DNA from: Candidatus Latescibacterota bacterium
Lineage (GTDB): Bacteria; Latescibacterota; UBA2968; GCA-2709665
Reading direction: 5' to 3'
DNA length: 64,000 nucleotides
NCBI GenBank assembly: GCA_965219455.1
Contig: OZ244744.1
Span: forward strand, 1,120,001-1,184,000
Made by a program: the position numbers and the translations under genes. Below, in pieces: positions 41,067 through 51,149 of this stretch (the first letter of the stretch is position 1; each line of letters opens with the position of its first letter). Below the pieces are notes generated by a model. The model saw nothing but the letters and a program-made list of their open reading frames with translations, did no database searches and had not been told where the DNA came from.

Positions 41067-41825
41067 GTGAAGCTTATCGGACTTGGCAACTTACGACATG
41101 CGGTCGTGCGCTGGCTCACGGGTGAACGAGAAGCGCACTCTCCGGAGCAACTTCAGGAAAAACTCGGATATCGTTTTTCCGATCCCGACCTCCTGGTCCA
41201 GGCGATCAAACACCGCTCCTACGTTTATTCCATGGACGAAGGGAGCATCGCCTCAAACGAACGGCTGGAGTTTCTGGGCGACGCCGTACTGGATCTGCTG
41301 GTCACCGAGAACCTGTATCGGAATTTCCAGAACAAACGAGAGGGCGACCTGACCCAAATCAAGTCGGTACTCGTCAGCAAAGTCATTCTCTCCCAGCGGG
41401 GCCGGGCTATCGGACTCGGACACTACATCCTGCTAAGCAAAGAAGAGGACCTGGCGGGAGGAAGAGAACGGACCTCCATCATCGGCGACGCATACGAGGC
41501 CATTCTCGGCGCAATCTACCTCGACGGCGGCTTAAAGGCCGCGGCCACGTTCGTGCAGCGTCATCTCCTCTGCAACATCGAGGCGATTGTCGCCAACAAC
41601 AGCTATCTCAATTTCAAAAGCGCCCTCCTGGAGCATACGCAGGGCGAAGGCCGGGGACACCCCCGCTATCTGGTCAGTTCGGAAGAGGGACCGGACCACC
41701 ACAAAATGTTCAGCGTCGAGGTCCTGATCGGCGGTGAACGCACGGGCTTCGGAAAGGGCCGCAGCAAAAAAGAAGCACAACAGATGGCGGCGAAAGAGGC
41801 GTTGGAGAAGCTGGGGGTTTCTTGA
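41067..41825 (+). CDS. rnc: Ribonuclease III
   Basis: NERLEFLGDAVL signature and C-terminal dsRBD GRSKKEAQQMAA. Confidence 0.96.
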   Translation: MKLIGLGNLRHAVVRWLTGEREAHSPEQLQEKLGYRFSDPDLLVQAIKHRSYVYSMDEGSIASNERLEFLGDAVLDLLVTENLYRNFQNKREGDLTQIKSVLVSKVILSQRGRAIGLGHYILLSKEEDLAGGRERTSIIGDAYEAILGAIYLDGGLKAAATFVQRHLLCNIEAIVANNSYLNFKSALLEHTQGEGRGHPRYLVSSEEGPDHHKMFSVEVLIGGERTGFGKGRSKKEAQQMAAKEALEKLGVS

Positions 41826-41840
41826 ACCATGCAGGCAACG

Positions 41841-42005
41841 AGTGTTCTGTCCCGGAAATAAGTTGCCTGAATTCGGCCGTCGAGTCGCCCGGCTCGCAAG
41901 GCGCCAGAGCGCAGGCGACCTGGGCAAGGTCGGCCAGCGATGGCAACGTAGCGAGACGGGATGAATCGTCGGAAGAATGGTGAGGTATTTTTGGGACAGG
42001 ACACT
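41841..42005. mobile_element. MITE-like element, family 1 copy A
   Basis: Terminal inverted repeats AGTGTTCTGTCCC / GGGACAGGACACT; homologous to 52361-52487 in reverse orientation. Confidence 0.8.
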
Positions 42006-42869
42006 AGATCGCGTCAATGGCGTTTCCTGAACACACGGTCGGGAAACGCTTTTTTCAATATGGCGGTGGACGAAGCCATTGTGCGCGGCGTCGAGGGCGG
42101 GACCGCACCGCCCACGGTCCGGACGTTTGGCTGGACGCCGCCGGCCGTCTCGTTCGGCTATGCCCAGAGGATCGATCGTGAAATCGACGCGGATCGATGC
42201 AGGGAGCGCGGCATTCACCTTGTCCGCCGTCCGAGCGGCGGTCGCGCCGTACTCCACTGGAACGAGCTGACCTACAGCGTGCTGTGCCGGGCCGACGACC
42301 CCCTGCTGGGCGGCTCCATTCAGGAGTCCTACCGGAACATCAGCGCCTGCCTGGTTGCGGGCCTTCGACTCCTTGGCATAGCCGCCGAGTTCGAGCCACG
42401 CCGCACTCCCGTTTCGTCGCCGCGCGGCGCGGGTCTCACGTCACCCTGTTTTTCGAGCACCACGCAGTACGAGGTGACGGTTGACGGCAAGAAGATCATC
42501 GGCAGCGCACAGCGACGCCTTGGCGATATGCTGCTTCAACACGGCTCGTTGCTTCTGGGCCCGGAACACAAGCGCCTCATCGATCTCATGCCGGACCGCG
42601 GACAGCCCCTGAAAGAACGCTTTCGACGGGAATTGGACCGCCACACCATCTCCCTGGAGGAAGCCGGCCAACCCGCAGACTTCAACACCGTCGCGCGTGC
42701 CCTGCGGGACGGTGTTGAGAAAACCCTCGACGTCGCCCTGGTTGAATCGCCGTTGACTCAGGAGGAAAAGGCCGACGCCGATGGTCTCATCGCGACGAAG
42801 TATGGTACGGACGCCTGGAACTTCGGAGACAGGGCGCAGGAACCCCGGGTCGTCCGACGCATCATCTGA
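41961..42869 (+). CDS. Lipoate-protein ligase family protein (LipM-like octanoyltransferase)
   Basis: NMAVDEA, RRPSGGRAVLH, CF, KKIIGSAQ and LQHGS motifs; start lies inside the MITE. Confidence 0.88.
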   Translation: MNRRKNGEVFLGQDTRSRQWRFLNTRSGNAFFNMAVDEAIVRGVEGGTAPPTVRTFGWTPPAVSFGYAQRIDREIDADRCRERGIHLVRRPSGGRAVLHWNELTYSVLCRADDPLLGGSIQESYRNISACLVAGLRLLGIAAEFEPRRTPVSSPRGAGLTSPCFSSTTQYEVTVDGKKIIGSAQRRLGDMLLQHGSLLLGPEHKRLIDLMPDRGQPLKERFRRELDRHTISLEEAGQPADFNTVARALRDGVEKTLDVALVESPLTQEEKADADGLIATKYGTDAWNFGDRAQEPRVVRRII

Positions 42870-42971
42870 AAACCAGTTAGCAGTCCGTTGATAAAGTTGC
42901 TCTGCAGGCGAGGCCGAGCCCGTGTCCCACAAGCCGGCCCCTTATCGCCTCGCCTTCGATTCTCCAAAAGC

Positions 42972-43412
42972 ATGGACAAACCCAAGACGCGCCGAACGTC
43001 CTCCGAACTCCGCTGGACCGTTCATCCCCTCCGGGACGAACCGCCTGCAAAAACGGCCTTGCTCATCTTCATCGTCCTCGGGTTCTCGGTTCTGGTTGCA
43101 ATCGCGTTCGACGCGCCGGCGTTCGGTTACCTGTCGGCCGTGCTGCTCACGGCTTCGATGTCCCGCTACTTTCTCCCCACGCGATACGCGCTCCAGGAAA
43201 GTCATATCCTGATTGCACACCTGGGCGCACGGCGGACAATTCCCTGGAACCGGATTCGCCGGCGTACCGTCGGCCCCGACGGCGTCTTTCTCAGCCCATT
43301 CGCCAGCCCACATCGGCTCGATCCGTTTCGAGGATGTTTTTTGCGGCTTCGTGACAATCGGGACGAGGTCATCCACTATGTTGAAACCCGCCTCGCGGAT
43401 GCAGCGCCTTAG
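42972..43412 (+). CDS. Hypothetical membrane protein
   Basis: WTVHP, two TM helices, YFLPTRY and GVFLSPF; stop overlaps the next gene. Confidence 0.75.
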   Translation: MDKPKTRRTSSELRWTVHPLRDEPPAKTALLIFIVLGFSVLVAIAFDAPAFGYLSAVLLTASMSRYFLPTRYALQESHILIAHLGARRTIPWNRIRRRTVGPDGVFLSPFASPHRLDPFRGCFLRLRDNRDEVIHYVETRLADAAP

Positions 43413-43725
43413 GACCTGGTGCGAACACGCTTTCGCCGTCAACCCGCCGGAACATCGCATCACCGGGGAAGAGCGTGTTCTTGCGGCGAAAATGGCGGAA
43501 TTCGTGGTTCGCAGGCAAATGACCACGCCCGCGTTGATGGTGCTGGAAGCCGGCCGGCCGCTCAACTTTATAGGCAGTCAGTTTTTGACTTTTCTTTCTC
43601 CCTTTGTCACCCTTATCTTCTCGAGCGTGGAGTATGATCGATTTGTGCGTTTTCTGGAGAAACGGCAGAGCGTGCAGACGCTGATCGATTCTCTCGTGGA
43701 GGCGGAAAACCGACTGAATGGATAA
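43399..43725 (+). CDS. Hypothetical protein
   Basis: Overlaps both neighbours; LEAGRPLNFIGSQ...LEKR. Confidence 0.7.
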   Translation: MQRLRTWCEHAFAVNPPEHRITGEERVLAAKMAEFVVRRQMTTPALMVLEAGRPLNFIGSQFLTFLSPFVTLIFSSVEYDRFVRFLEKRQSVQTLIDSLVEAENRLNG

Positions 43726-45502
43726 ACCGGACGTCATCATCGCCACGGACTGCGGCAGCACGACCACCAAGGCCATCCTTATCGAGAAGAAAGGAGAGTC
43801 CTACCGGCAGACCTATCGCGGCGAGGCGCCCACCACGGTCGAAGCTCCATTTGAAGACGTCACCCGGGGCGTACTCAACGCCATACAGGAAGTCGAAGAA
43901 CTTTCCGGGCGCGCCATCCTGGACGGCGAACGTATCATCACGCCCGCCGCAGGCGGCCGCGGCGTTGACATCTATGTGTCAACAAGCAGCGCTGGAGGCG
44001 GCCTCCAGATGATGGTGGGCGGTGTTGTCCAGGCAATGACAGGGGAAAGCGCCCAGCGAGCCGCCCTCGGCGCCGGGGCCATCGTGATGGACGTCCTTGC
44101 ATCCAACGACGGCCGCCTGCCGCACCAGAAAATCGAACGCATCCGCCATTTACGACCCGACATGGTGCTTCTCTCCGGCGGAACGGACGGCGGTACCGTG
44201 AGCCACGTGGTGGAACTCGCCGAGTTCATCGCCGCAGCGGACCCCAAACCCAGGTTCGGCGCCGGTTTTCGGCTTCCGGTGATCTATGCCGGAAACAGAG
44301 ACGCCCGGGAGAACGTTCAAAAGGTCCTGGGCGAAAAAACCGCACTGGAACTCACGGACAATATCCGCCCGCGGCTCGAACGCGAAAACCTCGGACCGGC
44401 GCGCCAGGTTATCCACGACCTCTTCCTGGAACACGTGATGGCGCAGGCGCCCGGATACCGCAAACTGATGGAATGGACGGGCGCGCCCATCATGCCCACG
44501 CCCGGCGCGGTCGGCCTGCTCATTCAGACGGTGGCCCGGCGACGGAACATCAACGTCGTGGGTGTGGACATCGGCGGCGCAACCACCGATGTCTTCAGCG
44601 TCTTCGGCGATCGATTCAACCGGACCGTAAGCGCCAACCTGGGCATGTCCTACAGCATCTCCAACGTGCTGGCCGAGGCCGGCCTGCCGAACGTGATGCG
44701 CTGGGTACCCTTCGAAATCGAAGAAGCCGACCTCAGGGACCGCGTCAAAAACAAGATGATCCGTCCAACGACCGTGCCCCAGACGCTGGAGGAACTGCAA
44801 CTCGAACAGGCCATCGCCCGCGAGGCATTGCGTCTGGCGTTCGAGCAACACCGCGCCCTGGCCGTCGGCCTCAAAGGCGTGCAGACGGAACGCACACTCT
44901 CCGACGCCTTCGACCAGACCGGCGCCGGCGAGAGTCTGATTCACATGCCGGATCTGGACCTGCTGGTGGGCAGCGGAGGCGTTCTTTCCCACGCGCCCCG
45001 GCGCGCGCAGTCGGCCGCCATGCTCATCGACGCCTTCCAGCCCCAGGGCTTTACGCGACTGGCCGTTGACAGCATCTTCATGATGCCCCACCTGGGTGTC
45101 CTGACAAGTGTCAACGAACAGGCCGCGACAGAGGTATTCGACCGGGACTGCCTGGTCGATCTGGGTACCTGCGTTGCCCCTGCCGGCCAGGGGAAACCGG
45201 GCGAAGTCTGCGCCACGTACGAAATCGGCCTTTCCGACGGCACCGAGTCCGGCGAACTGAAAATCGGGGCGCTGCATATGTTCCAGGTGGGCCCGGACCA
45301 GGAGGCCGCAGTCACCCTGCATCCCGAGTCGAACTGGAATGCAGGGGCTGGGCCGGGTCAGACGATTCGCCAGACCGTGAAGGGTGGCGCGGCCGGCCTG
45401 ATTCTGGACGGGCGTGGACGGCCGATTCCATTTTCACACGCGGATCGAGCCGGGCGGATTGCCGCCTGGAACAGGGCATTGGACCTCTATCCTCACCATT
45501 AG
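43718..45502 (+). CDS. GlmL/MutL (glutamate mutase L)-like ASKHA ATPase
   Basis: DCGSTTTK, SSAGGGL, LSGGTDGG, MPTP, VDIGGATTDV and GSGGVLSH motifs. Confidence 0.88.
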   Translation: MDKPDVIIATDCGSTTTKAILIEKKGESYRQTYRGEAPTTVEAPFEDVTRGVLNAIQEVEELSGRAILDGERIITPAAGGRGVDIYVSTSSAGGGLQMMVGGVVQAMTGESAQRAALGAGAIVMDVLASNDGRLPHQKIERIRHLRPDMVLLSGGTDGGTVSHVVELAEFIAAADPKPRFGAGFRLPVIYAGNRDARENVQKVLGEKTALELTDNIRPRLERENLGPARQVIHDLFLEHVMAQAPGYRKLMEWTGAPIMPTPGAVGLLIQTVARRRNINVVGVDIGGATTDVFSVFGDRFNRTVSANLGMSYSISNVLAEAGLPNVMRWVPFEIEEADLRDRVKNKMIRPTTVPQTLEELQLEQAIAREALRLAFEQHRALAVGLKGVQTERTLSDAFDQTGAGESLIHMPDLDLLVGSGGVLSHAPRRAQSAAMLIDAFQPQGFTRLAVDSIFMMPHLGVLTSVNEQAATEVFDRDCLVDLGTCVAPAGQGKPGEVCATYEIGLSDGTESGELKIGALHMFQVGPDQEAAVTLHPESNWNAGAGPGQTIRQTVKGGAAGLILDGRGRPIPFSHADRAGRIAAWNRALDLYPHH

Positions 45503-45561
45503 CAGTCCGTTGAAAAAGTTGCTCTGCAGGCGAGGCCGGATGGACTTTTTCAACGGGCTGT
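45503..45561. mobile_element. Mini inverted-repeat element (IS-end-like); partial copy at ~42877-42916
   Basis: CAGTCCGTTGAAAAAGT...ACTTTTTCAACGGGCTG; shares TTAGCAGTCCGTTGA.AAAGTTGCTCTGCAGGCGAGGCCG with 42877. Confidence 0.7.
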
Positions 45562-45584
45562 CAGGCGTCATAGGGAGACAAACC

Positions 45585-47426
45585 ATGGCTATAGGGCGCA
45601 GGTTGGCAATCCTCGGGCTTTTATGCTTCATTGGGGTCGCATGCAAGGACGAACCCCCGTGGCAGAAGGTTCAGCGCACGCTGATGGAAACGCGGGAAGC
45701 CGCAGCGATCGTTCTGGAGGGAACGGAAAGAGTGTCCGCCATGTACGCCGGCGTCGCGGAACCGGAATTCGGCGACTGGATGGTCCTCCACTTCCTGTCG
45801 GATCCGGAAAATTTCAACCCGTACGTCTCGAACGACTCCGGCGCCTCCGCGGTTCAAAAGTACATCTTCGAATCGCTCCTCGACATCGAGAACAAATCAC
45901 CCTATAAACTCAGAGGGTTGGTTGCAAAAGCACCTCCCACGGTATCCGAAGACAAGCTCACCTATACCTTCGACCTGCGCGACGACGTCCATTTCGCCGA
46001 CGGCAAGCCTCTTTCGGCGGACGACGTCCTCTTCAGCATCAAGGTCATCAAGAACCCCAAAGTTCTGGCCGCCTCGCTCCGCAATTATTACGCGGCCGTC
46101 AGTGACGTCGAGCAGGACGGCAAATACAGAATCAGCTTCGTCTGCCAGGAACCCTACTTCCGGAACAACATCTCCCTGGGCAGCATGCAGATTCTCCCCA
46201 AACACTTCTACGACCCCGACGGCCTGCTGGATCCCGTCGACATACAAAGCCTGATCGACGGCTCCTGGGAAAGCGGTCCGCACGCCGAGCGCGTGCAGCA
46301 GTTTGCCGAGAAATTCAACACCGGATACCACCGGAACATGCTGGGCTCCGGGCCCTATCTCGTGGAAAACTGGGAAGACGACGTGGTCACGGGGCAGAGG
46401 GTTATACTGACCCGCAATCCCAACTACTGGGGAAGGGACCGCGCCGATCTGATGCACAAGGGATACGTGGAGAAAATCGTCTTCAAGATCGTGAACGACC
46501 AGGAGGCCGCGTTTATCGAACTCACGAACGGAAACATCGACTACTTCGGGCTCAGACCCCTGCAATTCAAGGACAAGAGCTGGTCTCCGGACTTTATGGA
46601 CCGGTTCAAGAAGAGCGTGGTTTATTCTTCGGGTTACGTGTACATCGGCTGGAACAACGCACACCCCATCTTCCGCGACAAACGGGTACGCAAAGCCATG
46701 ACGTACCTCACCGACCGGGAAAGCATGGTACTGAACCTTATGTTCGGCCTGGCGGAAACCGTTGAGGGGCCCATTCACAAATTCCGTCCCGAATACAACC
46801 ACGGTCTCGAACCTCACGCCTACGATCCCGACAGAGCGCTCGCACTGCTGGAGGAGGCCGGCTGGGCCGATACCGACAACGACGGCATCCTGGATAAGGA
46901 CATCGACGGCGAGAAACAGCCCTTCAAATTTGAATTCCTCGTCAATTCCGGCAACCAGCTCCGCAAAGACATCGCCCTGGCTCTGCAATATGAACTTCAG
47001 GACATTGGAATCGCCTGCGAGGTGCGTGAACTCGACTGGACCATATTTCTGGACCGGGTCGTTCGAAAAAAGGAATTCGCCGCCTGCACCCTCGGGTGGA
47101 CCGGCAGCCTGCGTCTGCCGCCGGATTCCTACCAGATCTGGCACTCCTCGCAGGCAGACGGCCAGGGTTCAAATTACATCGGTTTCAAAAACGACGAAGT
47201 CGACGGCATCCTGGAAGCCTACCGCAGAGAATTCGATATGGACAAACGCATTGAACTCTACCGGCGGTTTCAGAAAATCCTGTACGACGAACAACCCTAT
47301 ACGTTCCTCTGGAAGTCCCGCAACGCCATATCCTACAGCAGGCGTTTCGCAGGTGACAACTGGTATGCCATTGGCGCGGACACCCAGGAATGGTGGGTAG
47401 GCGCCGGCAACCGGTTGTATCAGTAA
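45585..47426 (+). CDS. Peptide ABC transporter substrate-binding lipoprotein (family 5)
   Basis: Lipobox-like IGVAC, YTFDLR...FADGKPLSADDV, GSGPY and FRDKRVRKAM motifs. Confidence 0.92.
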   Translation: MAIGRRLAILGLLCFIGVACKDEPPWQKVQRTLMETREAAAIVLEGTERVSAMYAGVAEPEFGDWMVLHFLSDPENFNPYVSNDSGASAVQKYIFESLLDIENKSPYKLRGLVAKAPPTVSEDKLTYTFDLRDDVHFADGKPLSADDVLFSIKVIKNPKVLAASLRNYYAAVSDVEQDGKYRISFVCQEPYFRNNISLGSMQILPKHFYDPDGLLDPVDIQSLIDGSWESGPHAERVQQFAEKFNTGYHRNMLGSGPYLVENWEDDVVTGQRVILTRNPNYWGRDRADLMHKGYVEKIVFKIVNDQEAAFIELTNGNIDYFGLRPLQFKDKSWSPDFMDRFKKSVVYSSGYVYIGWNNAHPIFRDKRVRKAMTYLTDRESMVLNLMFGLAETVEGPIHKFRPEYNHGLEPHAYDPDRALALLEEAGWADTDNDGILDKDIDGEKQPFKFEFLVNSGNQLRKDIALALQYELQDIGIACEVRELDWTIFLDRVVRKKEFAACTLGWTGSLRLPPDSYQIWHSSQADGQGSNYIGFKNDEVDGILEAYRREFDMDKRIELYRRFQKILYDEQPYTFLWKSRNAISYSRRFAGDNWYAIGADTQEWWVGAGNRLYQ

Positions 47427-47505
47427 CCCCGATGCCGACGGACGGAAACGCATCTTTTCCGGATCTCCAATGCACCGAAGTCCGGACGGCGAGGCCTGAA
47501 GCCAG

Positions 47506-48807
47506 ATGATTCAATACATCGTGCATCGCAGTCTGCTGATGATCCCGACGATGATCGGCATCACCCTCATCTCTTTCCTTATCATGCACCTCGCGCCGGG
47601 AGACCCGGTGGACTTTTTTCTCGGGGGCATGGCGGGAGACGAGGGCATCTCGACGGATCGGAAGTCCGATTTCGAAAAAACGCGGGAGGAACTGCGCCGC
47701 CAACTCGGCCTGGACAGGCCGCTGCACATCCAGTACCTGAACTGGTTATCGAGCCTGGTACTACACGTGGAGCCACTGAACAACTTCGAACGCGCGGGCA
47801 GGCGCGTCGACGACTTTCTCGCGGGACTGGGTCCGGAGGAACGACGTGAGTTGGCCGCACTGGAAAACGAGGCGCGGAAAGCGCGGTTCCTTCGCCGTTT
47901 CGAGAAATATCAACCGGACGAGGCGCAGGCGCTCGTCCATTCGTCTTTCTGGGAGAGCAAAACCGTCAAGCTCGAGAACAACTACGAATATACCGGCGCC
48001 GGCCTGCTGCTCTTCCATCTCTTCGATCGGCGCTTTGTCACACTCAATTTCGGTCGTTCTTTCAAAGATCAGCAACCGGTCATCGCCCATATCCTCGCCC
48101 GGGTGCCCATCACCATTGAAATCAACATTATCAGCCTGATCATCGCCTATCTCATCGGACTCCCGCTCGGTATCTGGCTGGCTGTCAAACAGGATACGCG
48201 GACCGATCGCACACTCACCACCGGAACCTTCATCCTGTGGTCCATGCCTTCGTTCTGGGTTGGCATGCTGCTCATCGTGTTTTTCTGCAACAGGGAATTC
48301 CTCTACTGGTTTCCGGCCTCGGGCATCCAATCCCTGGACGCCTCCTCCGACTGGGGCTTCTGGCGGCTGTTAACCGACCACGCCCATCACATGGCCATGC
48401 CGGTACTGGCCTCCAGCTATGCCAGCTTCGCGGGCCTCTCCCGTTTCATGCGAACCAGCATGCTGGAAAATCTAAGACTGGACTACGTGCGCACCGCCCG
48501 GGCGAAGGGCCTGCCTGAGAAGATCGTGATTCTCAGGCACGTCTTCCGCAACTCCCTGATCCCCATCGTGACCATCCTGGCGAATCTGCTTCCGGCCATC
48601 ATTGCCGGCTCGGTCTTCATCGAGACCATCTTCACCATTCCGGGTCTGGGCTTTCTGGGCGTTCAATCCGTGCTCGTTCGCGACTATCCCATGGTAATGG
48701 CCATTCTGACCATCGGTTCGGTCCTCTCGTTGCTGGGCATTCTGCTTGCGGACATCCTCCTGAAAGTCGTGGATCCGCGCATCGAGTTTTCTCGTTCGCA
48801 GGGATAA
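47506..48807 (+). CDS. Peptide ABC transporter permease (OppB/DppB-like) with enlarged periplasmic loop
   Basis: LAPGDP, GLDRPLHIQY, DYVRTARAKGL and HVFRNS motifs. Confidence 0.93.
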   Translation: MIQYIVHRSLLMIPTMIGITLISFLIMHLAPGDPVDFFLGGMAGDEGISTDRKSDFEKTREELRRQLGLDRPLHIQYLNWLSSLVLHVEPLNNFERAGRRVDDFLAGLGPEERRELAALENEARKARFLRRFEKYQPDEAQALVHSSFWESKTVKLENNYEYTGAGLLLFHLFDRRFVTLNFGRSFKDQQPVIAHILARVPITIEINIISLIIAYLIGLPLGIWLAVKQDTRTDRTLTTGTFILWSMPSFWVGMLLIVFFCNREFLYWFPASGIQSLDASSDWGFWRLLTDHAHHMAMPVLASSYASFAGLSRFMRTSMLENLRLDYVRTARAKGLPEKIVILRHVFRNSLIPIVTILANLLPAIIAGSVFIETIFTIPGLGFLGVQSVLVRDYPMVMAILTIGSVLSLLGILLADILLKVVDPRIEFSRSQG

Positions 48808-48811
48808 ATCT

Positions 48812-49882
48812 ATGGCCGACGGTCCCACGCGCGATCACCCCGAAGCGGACCCTGGAACGCCCGAACCCGAGGCTGTCCAGGAGAGCCAGACCTATTCGAA
48901 GCTGGTCTGGCGGCAGTTCAAAAAAAATCGCCCGGCCCTCTTCAGCCTGGCGGCGATCGGCGTTCTCGCGCTGACGGCGGTGTTCGCGGATTTTCTCGCG
49001 GGCAACAAACCCTACTATATGAAATACCGGGGAAAGACTTATTTCCCGGCCTTTCGCCAGTACGCCGTCTATCTCGGACTGGCCGATTGGCCGGCGCCGC
49101 TCAGGAGAAAAAGAAACTTCAAACGCCTCAGGTCCGAATACGCTATTTTTCCGCCCGTTCCCTATGGTCCAAGCGACGTCAATCTCGGCGAAAAGTACCA
49201 GCCGCCCGGCACGACGCATTTTCTGGGTACGGATCGGCTGGGCCGCGACGTACTTTCCGGATTGATTCACGGATCCCGATACGCGCTCACCATTGGCCTG
49301 GTCTCGGTAACGATCTCGATGATCATCGGCGTCTCCCTGGGCGCGGTGGCTGGCTATTTCGGGGGTTGGCCCGATCTGATTCTATCCCGTCTGTTCGAAC
49401 TCTGGGCCGCCATCCCCGCCCTCTTTCTGATCATCACGGTAGCCGCGTTTTTTCCGCCCAGCCTCTTCTTCGTGATGATCATTCTCGGCTTCACGGGTTG
49501 GGTCGGAATCGCCCGGCTCACCCGGTCGCAATTCCTGCAGGTGAGAAGCTACGACTTTGTTTCCGCGGCCAAGAGCCTGGGATATTCCAGCGGCCGGATC
49601 ATGTTCATCCACATTTTGCCCAACGCAATTGCGCCAGTGCTGATCCCGGCGGCCTTCGGGGTGGCGGGCGCCATTCTGGCGGAATCCGGCCTCAGCTTTC
49701 TCGGCATTGGCGTACCCGCGGAGGCCATCACGTGGGGTGCGATCCTCGCCGGCGCCCGAAGCAATTTCTCGGCATGGTGGCTGGTCATCGTACCCGGTTT
49801 CGCCATCTTTATCACCGTAACCCTCTACAACCTGCTTGGTGACGGCCTTCGAGACGCCCTGGATCCCAAGATGAAAGTCTGA
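48812..49882 (+). CDS. Peptide ABC transporter permease (OppC/DppC-like)
   Basis: LGTDRLGRD, HILPN and GDGLRDALDP motifs. Confidence 0.93.
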   Translation: MADGPTRDHPEADPGTPEPEAVQESQTYSKLVWRQFKKNRPALFSLAAIGVLALTAVFADFLAGNKPYYMKYRGKTYFPAFRQYAVYLGLADWPAPLRRKRNFKRLRSEYAIFPPVPYGPSDVNLGEKYQPPGTTHFLGTDRLGRDVLSGLIHGSRYALTIGLVSVTISMIIGVSLGAVAGYFGGWPDLILSRLFELWAAIPALFLIITVAAFFPPSLFFVMIILGFTGWVGIARLTRSQFLQVRSYDFVSAAKSLGYSSGRIMFIHILPNAIAPVLIPAAFGVAGAILAESGLSFLGIGVPAEAITWGAILAGARSNFSAWWLVIVPGFAIFITVTLYNLLGDGLRDALDPKMKV

Positions 49883-49946
49883 GACCGGAGCTGCCCGCCG
49901 ATTGACGGCACCGGCGGGTCGATGCACCTCACGGAATCCTTAACCC

Positions 49947-51068
49947 ATGGCGCATACGTACACCCCCGGCCTGCGCGTCACCCGCAGGGCGACCATACGG
50001 AAGAGACGCCAGTTGCCGCTCACCGGAGAGGTGCTGGTTTCGGAGGGCGAATCCGTACAGCGCGACCGGGTCGTGGCCCGGACCGATCTGCCCGGTAACG
50101 TGACCACCCTGAACCTGGTCAACAGGCTGGGCGTCACCCCCGACGAACTCCCGACCTTCATGCTCAAGGAGGAGGGTGAGCCGGTCGAGGCCGGGGAACC
50201 CATTGCCGAAACCAGGCCATTCATCAGATGGTTCAAAAACACGGTGGCGTCGCCGGTCACAGGCACCGTGGAAAGCGTATCGCCCATTACCGGCCAGGTC
50301 ATCCTGCGCGGTCCGCCCTGTCCCGTGCAGGTAAGGGCCTACGTGGACGGCGCCGTTGTGGAAATCATTCCCGGCGAAGGGGTCGTAATTGAAACCGCCG
50401 GCGCCTTTCTTCAGGGCATTTTTGGAATTGGCGGCGAGAGCTGGGGCCCGATCCGTACGCTTGCCGCAACCCCCGAAGAGCGGCTCTCGGAGGAGCGGAT
50501 CGACGCCTCCTGTGCCGGGAAAATTCTCATTGCCGGGGGCCTCGTTACCCTCGATCTCATCCGGACGGCGCGGACAATCGGAGCAGCCGGCCTCATTGGC
50601 GGGGGCATTCGTGACGACGACCTGCGGAGCCTGCTCGGGTACGACCTCGGCGTGGCCATTACCGGCGCCGAGGAAATTGGCCTCACCGTCGTGGTCACGG
50701 AAGGATTCGGCGACATCGCCATGGCGCGTAAGACATTCGATATCCTGAACGAAAGGAACGGCGACGAGGCCTCTATCTCGGGCGCAACCCAGATCCGGGC
50801 CGGCGTCCTTCGTCCCGAAATCATCGTTCCGGATCCGGAAGGTTCGTCCATCGCCGAGGATATCGTCGACCGGGAAGGCCTTTCCATTGGAGATCCGATC
50901 CGTACAATACGGGCGCCCTATTTCGGAAAAACCGGCGTGATCACCGGCCTGCCATCCGAACTGGCGGCCGTCGAATCGGAAATCCGTGTACGCGTCCTGG
51001 AAGTTCAGTTCGAGAACGGACAACAGGCCGTGATCCCCCGAGTAAACGCCGAAAGGATTGAAGCGTAA
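49947..51068 (+). CDS. Conserved hypothetical protein with barrel-sandwich-hybrid repeats and C-terminal KOW-like motif (GlmL-associated)
   Basis: GEVLVSEGESV, KEEGEPVEAGEPIA...SPVTGTV, TEGFG and IGDPIRTIRAPYFGKTGVI motifs. Confidence 0.8.
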   Translation: MAHTYTPGLRVTRRATIRKRRQLPLTGEVLVSEGESVQRDRVVARTDLPGNVTTLNLVNRLGVTPDELPTFMLKEEGEPVEAGEPIAETRPFIRWFKNTVASPVTGTVESVSPITGQVILRGPPCPVQVRAYVDGAVVEIIPGEGVVIETAGAFLQGIFGIGGESWGPIRTLAATPEERLSEERIDASCAGKILIAGGLVTLDLIRTARTIGAAGLIGGGIRDDDLRSLLGYDLGVAITGAEEIGLTVVVTEGFGDIAMARKTFDILNERNGDEASISGATQIRAGVLRPEIIVPDPEGSSIAEDIVDREGLSIGDPIRTIRAPYFGKTGVITGLPSELAAVESEIRVRVLEVQFENGQQAVIPRVNAERIEA

Positions 51069-51149
51069 TGTACCCGGCGCCCGACCGCCACTTCCGTCCT
51101 CGCCCCAACAGATCCGGCGCGCCTGAATAGGACCGCCAGGAGACCCGCA

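Noticed and set aside
43718-45502. Calling this gene DNA mismatch repair mutL or a glutamate fermentation locus
   Set aside because: The motifs are ASKHA/GlmL type and not GHKL, and no glutamate mutase subunits are in the window.
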